Position numbers and translations under genes: made by a program
The notes under the pieces: generated by a model
Told to the model about the DNA's origin: nothing
The model's input: only the letters and a program-made list of their open reading frames with translations
The model's database searches: none
Shown: positions 35,538-40,861 of the stretch, in pieces
How positions within the stretch are numbered: position 1 is the stretch's first letter
Layout: the number at the start of each line of letters is the position of its first letter
DNA from: Chloroflexota bacterium
GTDB lineage: Bacteria; Chloroflexota; Anaerolineae; Aggregatilineales; Aggregatilineaceae
NCBI GenBank assembly: GCA_010092855.1
Contig: JAADYV010000285.1
Location: 1-40,861 of the forward strand
Direction: 5' to 3'
Length of the DNA: 40,861 bases

Positions 35538-36488
35538 TTATCCTGTGCGTTGGCGGAAAACAAGTGGCAGCAAAATGATGCCCAGCGCCGATATCAACAA
35601 CGGCCAATAGTCAGCAGCCTCGTCCAGCAAGTCGTGATCGAATGGCTCGGTGGTATATGCGAATGCGATCCCGCTGGCGACAAACACCGCCATCGCCAGC
35701 AGCACCATTCGACGGTCACGCGGGCGTTCCAGCACAAACGTCAGCAGCAGCGCGCCGCCCACCATGACCAAGCCCAATGGCCACCATTCCGTCGCCTCCG
35801 GTTCCGGTTCGATGCCCAATACCAGCAGCGCCAGCAGCCCCGCGCCGACCCAGATCAACGAGCCGAGAAACAACAGCCCGCGTTCCTGCCGCCCAAAGGC
35901 AAGCCCGTGCAGGAGCAGCGTGGAAGCGACCACCAGCACCAGCCCGCCCACCAAGGTTGCATCCGCAATATCCGGCAGGCCGCTGACATCCTGCGCGCGG
36001 ATAGTCAGGAACAGACCCAACGCCAGCAGATAGGCGGCCAGCGGTGCCATGCTGATCTGGGCACGCACCCGCCGCCGGAACATCTCTGCTCGGGGAATGC
36101 GCAGCCGTTCCGGGCTGCCCAGTGCGGCTGGCACGCCAGTGGGGGTTTCCTCCGCGCTATCGGCTCCTGCAAAGGGAGGCAGATCAAGCGGTGGGGGCAT
36201 GTCAGGCGGATGCGGGCGCGCATTGTCCAGCTCATCGTCCGGCAGGGTGGAGATGTCGTCGCCGGGCAGGTCTGTGGCAGTATCCGCCTCCGCGTTGGTC
36301 GCCTGGTCCGGCGTCTCATCCGCATCACCCGGCAGCCAGTCACTGGCTAGCGTTTCTTCACCTTCCTGCGGCTCGAATGCCTCCAATGCGTCCAGTGCCT
36401 CCAGCAGTTTCTCTTCGAGGTTGGCGGTATTGTCTTCCTCAAATGCCTCATCGCCGTCCGCGGGCAGACGGTCCAGATCATCAGTCAT
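35538..36488 (-). CDS. Membrane protein with a highly acidic ~110-aa N-terminal tail and ~6 TM helices; function unknown
   Basis: The protein begins MTDDLDRLPADGDEAFEEDNTANLEEKLLEALDALEAFEPQEGEE.., then shows hydrophobic segments. It is contiguous with the downstream GT4 gene. Confidence 0.6.
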   Translation of the reverse strand: MTDDLDRLPADGDEAFEEDNTANLEEKLLEALDALEAFEPQEGEETLASDWLPGDADETPDQATNAEADTATDLPGDDISTLPDDELDNARPHPPDMPPPLDLPPFAGADSAEETPTGVPAALGSPERLRIPRAEMFRRRVRAQISMAPLAAYLLALGLFLTIRAQDVSGLPDIADATLVGGLVLVVASTLLLHGLAFGRQERGLLFLGSLIWVGAGLLALLVLGIEPEPEATEWWPLGLVMVGGALLLTFVLERPRDRRMVLLAMAVFVASGIAFAYTTEPFDHDLLDEAADYWPLLISALGIILLPLVFRQRTG

Positions 36489-36619
36489 TGGCGAAACCCT
36501 CCATTAGCATTATTGTAGCGGGGCATGGGACGAAAGCAAGCTGGCCTAAAACTGAGGCAGCGCGGTACAATGCGGGTAGATATAGCACACTCTGTTCACC
36601 AACAGCATCATGAGATTCT

Positions 36620-37372
36620 ATGCAAACGACTGAACATCGGCTTCATATTTTGGGGGTACCGCTGCACGCCGCCACCTTTGAGAATATGCTAGACTGCATT
36701 GCGGCGTGGATCGCGGCAGGCAACCGTACGCACCAGATTTGTACCGCCAGCCCGGAATTCGTCATGATTGCGCAGGAGGACACGGCGTTTATGGCAGTGC
36801 TGCGCGCGGCGGACCTGTGCGTGGCGGATGGTGTGGGGCTGCTGTTTGCGGCGCGTTACCTGGGCCGTCCGCTGCCGGAGCGAGTAACCGGGTCGGATGG
36901 TGTGCCGCTGATCGCGCAGCGCGCAGCACGCGAAGGCTGGCGGTTGTTCCTGTTGGGGGCTGCACCGGGTGTGGCGGAGCAGGCTGCCGCGCGGCTGGTC
37001 GAGCAGAATCCGGGTTTGCAGATCGTGGGTACCTATGCGGGCAGTCCGGCTCCTGAGGAAAATGACGCTATCGTCCAGATGGTGAATGACAGTGGCGCGG
37101 ATATGCTGCTGGTGGCTTATGGCGCGCCAAAGCAGGACCTGTGGATCGCGCGCAACCAGGACCGGCTGAACGTGAAGGTGGCGATGGGCGTGGGCGGCAC
37201 CTTTGATTTTATCGCGGGCGTCGTGCCGCGCGCGCCGGTGTGGATGCAGCGGCTGGCCCTGGAATGGTTGTTTCGCCTGATCCGCCAACCCTGGCGCTGG
37301 CGGCGGATGCTGCGGCTGCCCCGGTTTGTGTGGGCCGTGCTGCGGCACCGGGAACGGGCTTTGAATGAATAG
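36620..37372 (+). CDS. WecB/TagA/CpsF-family glycosyltransferase (GT26)
   Basis: ..HILGVPLHAATFENMLDCI..ICTASPEFVMIAQED..ADLCVADGVGLLFAARYLG..LFLLGAAPGVAEQAA..VAYGAPKQDLWI.. is the characteristic GT26 layout. Confidence 0.85.
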   Translation: MQTTEHRLHILGVPLHAATFENMLDCIAAWIAAGNRTHQICTASPEFVMIAQEDTAFMAVLRAADLCVADGVGLLFAARYLGRPLPERVTGSDGVPLIAQRAAREGWRLFLLGAAPGVAEQAAARLVEQNPGLQIVGTYAGSPAPEENDAIVQMVNDSGADMLLVAYGAPKQDLWIARNQDRLNVKVAMGVGGTFDFIAGVVPRAPVWMQRLALEWLFRLIRQPWRWRRMLRLPRFVWAVLRHRERALNE

Positions 37373-37390
37373 CGAAGGGATTTTACCAAC

Positions 37391-38512
37391 GTGACAGTTT
37401 ATGTGGATGTGTCGGCGGCGATCAACAGCCGGGCCGGGCTGGGAAGGTATACGCGCTCGCTGACGCAGGCGTTGTTAGAGCAGGCAGAGTTACCGCTGGC
37501 GTTGTTCTATAACCGCACGCGGCAAGCGCAGTTTGTGCCAGAATGGGCCACCGTACCTCAGCGTTCGATTGGCCTGGGCTACAAACCCTGGCGTTTGCTG
37601 GTTTACCTGGCGCAGTTAGCGCGTTTCCCGATGAAGCGGCTGGTGCCAGGGGCAGCGGCGTTTCACGCCACCGAGCACCTGCTGATGCCGCTGGGCAAGG
37701 TGCCGACCGTGATGACGGTGCACGACCTGATCTTTAAGCTGTTTCCCGAACACCACAAGCGCCTGAACTACTGGTTCCTCAACGCTGCGATGCCGCTGTT
37801 TGTGCGCCGCGCCGACGCGATCATCGTTGTGTCCCAGGCGACCAAGAACGACCTGATCCGTCATTACCACACTCCGGACAACAAAATCAACGTGGTCCAC
37901 GAGGCCGCTGCGCCCCACTTTCGCCGGGTATCCGACGCTGAGGTAGCGCGCGTTCGGGAAAAGTACAATCTGCCAGAGCGGTATCTGCTCTCGGTCGGCA
38001 CCATCGAGCCGCGCAAGAACCTGTCCCGGCTGGCGGAAGTCGTCGCCCGGCTGCGGCGCAACGACCGGAGCCTGCACTGGGTCGTGGTGGGGGCCAAAGG
38101 CTGGATGTACGATGAGTTTTTCGAACGGGTGGAACGACTCAACCTGGGCGACGTGGTGTTTTTCCCCGGTTACGTGCCGGATGACGACCTGCCCGCCATG
38201 TTCCGGGCGGCCACGGTGTACGTGATGGCGTCATTGTACGAGGGGGCCGGGCTGCCGGTGTTGGAGGCAATGGCATGCGGTGCGCCGGTCGTCAGCAGCC
38301 GCGAGTCGAGTATGCCCGAACTGGGGGCCGATGTCGCGCGCTATTTCAACCCCCGCGACCTGGACAATATGACGGATGTGCTGCGGATGGTGTTGGATGA
38401 CGACCAACTGCGGACGGAGATGGCTGAAGCTGGTCCAGATCGCGCCGCGCATTTTTCCTGGCAGCGCGCAGCCCGGGAAACGACCAACGTTTATCGCAGT
38501 GTAATGGGCTAG
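37391..38512 (+). CDS. Glycosyltransferase, GT4 family
   Basis: GTG at 37391. ..VMASLYEGAGLPVLEAMACGAPVVSSRESSMPELGADVARYF.. Confidence 0.85.
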   Translation: MTVYVDVSAAINSRAGLGRYTRSLTQALLEQAELPLALFYNRTRQAQFVPEWATVPQRSIGLGYKPWRLLVYLAQLARFPMKRLVPGAAAFHATEHLLMPLGKVPTVMTVHDLIFKLFPEHHKRLNYWFLNAAMPLFVRRADAIIVVSQATKNDLIRHYHTPDNKINVVHEAAAPHFRRVSDAEVARVREKYNLPERYLLSVGTIEPRKNLSRLAEVVARLRRNDRSLHWVVVGAKGWMYDEFFERVERLNLGDVVFFPGYVPDDDLPAMFRAATVYVMASLYEGAGLPVLEAMACGAPVVSSRESSMPELGADVARYFNPRDLDNMTDVLRMVLDDDQLRTEMAEAGPDRAAHFSWQRAARETTNVYRSVMG

Positions 38513-38564
38513 AGGGCGGCACCGATGTTGCAGCGGTGATCTTCAACGCGGGAGGTACGGAGGC

Positions 38565-38981
38565 ATGTTGGTACGTGATGTAATGACGCCCGATCCCGAA
38601 ACGGTTGGGCCGGACGACAATCTGCAAACGGCGCTCGACAAGATGGCGGCAGCAGGCTGTCGCCGGCTGCCGGTGGTGGACGGGGTGGGCGCGTTGGCCG
38701 GAATCATCACCGACCGCGATATCCGGCTGGCCTCGAATTCGCCCCTGGTCATGCGCGAGCGCTGGCAGGACGAACTGCTGATGCGGCAGACGGTGGTAAA
38801 CGCTTGCATGACGCCCGATCCCGTCTCCGTTGCCCAGGATGCGCCGCTGCAAGATGCGGTCCACCTGCTGCTCCAACGAAAGATCAGCGGCCTGCCGGTC
38901 GTTGATGGACAGCAGTTGGTGGGCGTCATCACCGTGACCGATCTGCTGCGCACCCTCGTCCACTTGCTGGACCGTGCCTGA
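38565..38981 (+). CDS. CBS-domain pair protein
   Basis: 138 aa with two CBS repeats (MLVRDVMTPDPETVGPDDNLQTALDKM..RRLPVVD..GIITDRDI and ..VVNACMTPDPVSVAQDAPLQDAVHLLLQRKISGLPVVD..GVITVTDLL). Confidence 0.8.
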   Translation: MLVRDVMTPDPETVGPDDNLQTALDKMAAAGCRRLPVVDGVGALAGIITDRDIRLASNSPLVMRERWQDELLMRQTVVNACMTPDPVSVAQDAPLQDAVHLLLQRKISGLPVVDGQQLVGVITVTDLLRTLVHLLDRA

Positions 38982-39029
38982 TCGCGGTCTGGTTGGCTGC
39001 GGTCCGGTTTGTCGCCATCGGCGGGTTTG

Positions 39030-40861
39030 TTAATCGGGGGGCCATGCTTCCAGGTTGGCCACCGGCAGCGTAAAGGCAAACACCGCCCCCCCCTGGGGAT
39101 TATCCTCGATCCAGATTTGACCGCTGTGCGCTTCGACGGCCATCTTGCAGAAGGTCAGGCCCAACCCTGTGCCGCGTCGCCGCCCGCGCTGCCCGTCCAG
39201 TTGGGCAAAGCGATCGAACAGGCGCTCTTTGTGCTCATCGGGAACACCGGGACCAGTATCGCGCACTTCGATCTGCACAAAACCGGGAGCCGCGCTCTCG
39301 CCGCCAGGAGGATAGGCGCGGATAATGACGCTGCCCGCCGACGGCGTGAACTTGATCGCGTTGTCGACCAGGTTAAGCAAAACCCGCTCAACTTTTTCTC
39401 CATCAATATTCAGAATGGCGAGGTTGGACGGAATCTGTAGCGTCAGACTGACTTCCAGCTCCTGGGCCAGCGGGGACATTTCATCCACGACAGTGGTACA
39501 CAGAGGCTTGAACTCGGTTAGTTCGCGGTCCAACGTCATCACGCCGCTTTCCAGCTTCGAGATATCTAGCAGTGAATCGACCAGGTTGAGCAGTTTGCGC
39601 ACCGCGCGCGACGAGGCGTCGGTGGTCTGCTTGATCATCTTGCCCAATGGCTCATCATGAGGCGCAACCTCGCTCAACAGCTTGAGGCTGGTCGTCACGG
39701 CGGTGAGCGGCCCGCGCAGATCATGCACAATCATGCTGCTGAAGTCTTCGCGCGCCTGCTCCAATTCGCGTTCCTCCGTCACGTCGGAGAACACCATCAA
39801 CAGGCCAATCACGCGCCCATTTTCGTCGCGCACGGGGGCATCGGTGCGGTCGATAAACCTGGTCTTCTGCGGCGTGGTGACCTGGAATGTCACCCGCCCG
39901 CCGTCGCGCGAAGACTCGTCCCAACGCCGTTGGTCCAGGCTGTTGATCACGCGCAGCAGCGCTTCTGTCCCGAACCCCATTCGCTCGGCCAACTGGAGCC
40001 GCTCGTTGCGCAGCAGTGCGGCGACCGGGGCGTCGATCAGGTGGCTCGGGTCCAACCCCAGCAAGCGTCGGACGCGCGGATTGGCCAGCGTGATCTGCCC
40101 TTCGGACGAGATGAGGATCACGCCTTCCTTCATGCTGTCCAGGATGACTTGCAGGCGGTCGCGCGCAATCTCGATCCGGCGGAACAGGCGCGCATTGTCA
40201 ATGGCGATCCGGGCCTGGGTTGCCAGTTGGGTGACGAACGTTTCGTCATCTGGCGTGTAATCGTGGGTGCGATCACTGCCGAGCGAGATGACGCCCAACA
40301 CGTCATCACCGCGTCGGACCGGGATGTTGAGCTGGGAACAGGTCGATTCGTCCAGCGCGACATATGCGCTTTCCCGGCTGACATCGGGCACCATGATCGA
40401 CTGACCGGTGTAGTAGGACTGGGCCACAAAACCGGTCATCGGGCTGTCCTGGTCAAACGCATCGGCAGCAAAACCGCGATAGGCAACCAGGGCCGGGTCG
40501 GTGCCATCTTCTTCCGTGCGCAGCAGCAGCGCCCCGGTGCGAGACTGGGTAGCTTCGAGCGCGCGGTCCAGCACCAACTGGAACAGGCCCTGAAGATTGA
40601 GGGTCGAGGTCAGTTCGCGGCTGATATCGGCCAGCGCCGACAATTGCTCTACGCGGCGATCCAGCGCGGCGTCGGTCTGGGTATACAGCCGGGCATTGCT
40701 GATCGAGAGCGCGGCCTGATTGGTGAAGGTTTGCAGCAGCTCGATCTCGTCCGTGCTGAAGGTGCGCGACTCGTTGTAGAAAAAGACAAGGATACCGAGC
40801 AGGTCTTCGCCCTTGCGCAGCAGGAACTCGATCCAGGCGCGCTTGTTTTCGTGATCCATCA
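39030..40861 (-). CDS. Sensor histidine kinase, GAF-GAF-PAS-HisKA-HATPase_c (N-terminus outside window)
   Basis: H-box ..FSSMIVHDLRGPLTAV.., N-box ..LLNLVDNAIKFT.. and G-boxes ..VRDTGPGVP..GTGLGLTFCK.. The ORF is open to the window edge and begins inside a GAF domain. Confidence 0.85.
   Translation of the reverse strand, partial: MDHENKRAWIEFLLRKGEDLLGILVFFYNESRTFSTDEIELLQTFTNQAALSISNARLYTQTDAALDRRVEQLSALADISRELTSTLNLQGLFQLVLDRALEATQSRTGALLLRTEEDGTDPALVAYRGFAADAFDQDSPMTGFVAQSYYTGQSIMVPDVSRESAYVALDESTCSQLNIPVRRGDDVLGVISLGSDRTHDYTPDDETFVTQLATQARIAIDNARLFRRIEIARDRLQVILDSMKEGVILISSEGQITLANPRVRRLLGLDPSHLIDAPVAALLRNERLQLAERMGFGTEALLRVINSLDQRRWDESSRDGGRVTFQVTTPQKTRFIDRTDAPVRDENGRVIGLLMVFSDVTEERELEQAREDFSSMIVHDLRGPLTAVTTSLKLLSEVAPHDEPLGKMIKQTTDASSRAVRKLLNLVDSLLDISKLESGVMTLDRELTEFKPLCTTVVDEMSPLAQELEVSLTLQIPSNLAILNIDGEKVERVLLNLVDNAIKFTPSAGSVIIRAYPPGGESAAPGFVQIEVRDTGPGVPDEHKERLFDRFAQLDGQRGRRRGTGLGLTFCKMAVEAHSGQIWIEDNPQGGAVFAFTLPVANLEAWPPD

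Overview
High-GC bacterial chromosomal window. The gene content resembles Chloroflexota-type genomes, but that is inference only. From 1 to 10.8 kb there is a tightly packed, partly translationally coupled glycan biosynthesis/modification cluster. It holds a methyltransferase fragment, two GT4 genes, an SGNH hydrolase, a CgeB-like GT, a hexapeptide acetyltransferase, a 633-aa polytopic membrane protein and three GT2 genes (two are tandem paralogs). The cluster ends at tRNA-Arg(CCT). Next comes a lipoprotein gene with a bidirectional terminator hairpin. Five nt after that hairpin sits a ~1.87-kb group II intron with class-C-like features: 5' GUACGCCCGGCAUGGGCG, a domain V with a CGC triad, and a domain VI with a bulged A. 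Its RT/maturase ORF carries one in-frame TGA. The intron now separates the convergent clpC-type gene from that terminator. After clpC (which has a Cys inside its D2 Walker A) come an orphan 423-aa protein, a lone solute-binding protein, two response regulators (REC-GAF and REC-degenerate GGDEF), a Roadblock/LC7 protein and a sugar ABC uptake operon with a PfkB kinase. Then follows an 891-aa protein that fuses a secreted N-domain, a NicO/RcnA-like membrane core and a TolB-like beta-propeller. It is divergent from a Fur-family regulator that is coupled to a class II aldolase. Further right are an orphan protein and a PA14x2-SH3bx3 secreted protein preceded by a 21-bp tandem array of alternating AGAAGA/TCTTCT half-sites. 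The window ends with a second GT cluster (GT4, acidic membrane protein, GT26, GT4), a CBS-pair protein and a GAF-PAS histidine kinase cut by the window edge. I saw no rRNA, CRISPR array, transposase, integrase or recognisable defence system. All domain calls come from reading motifs in the supplied translations, not from database searches.
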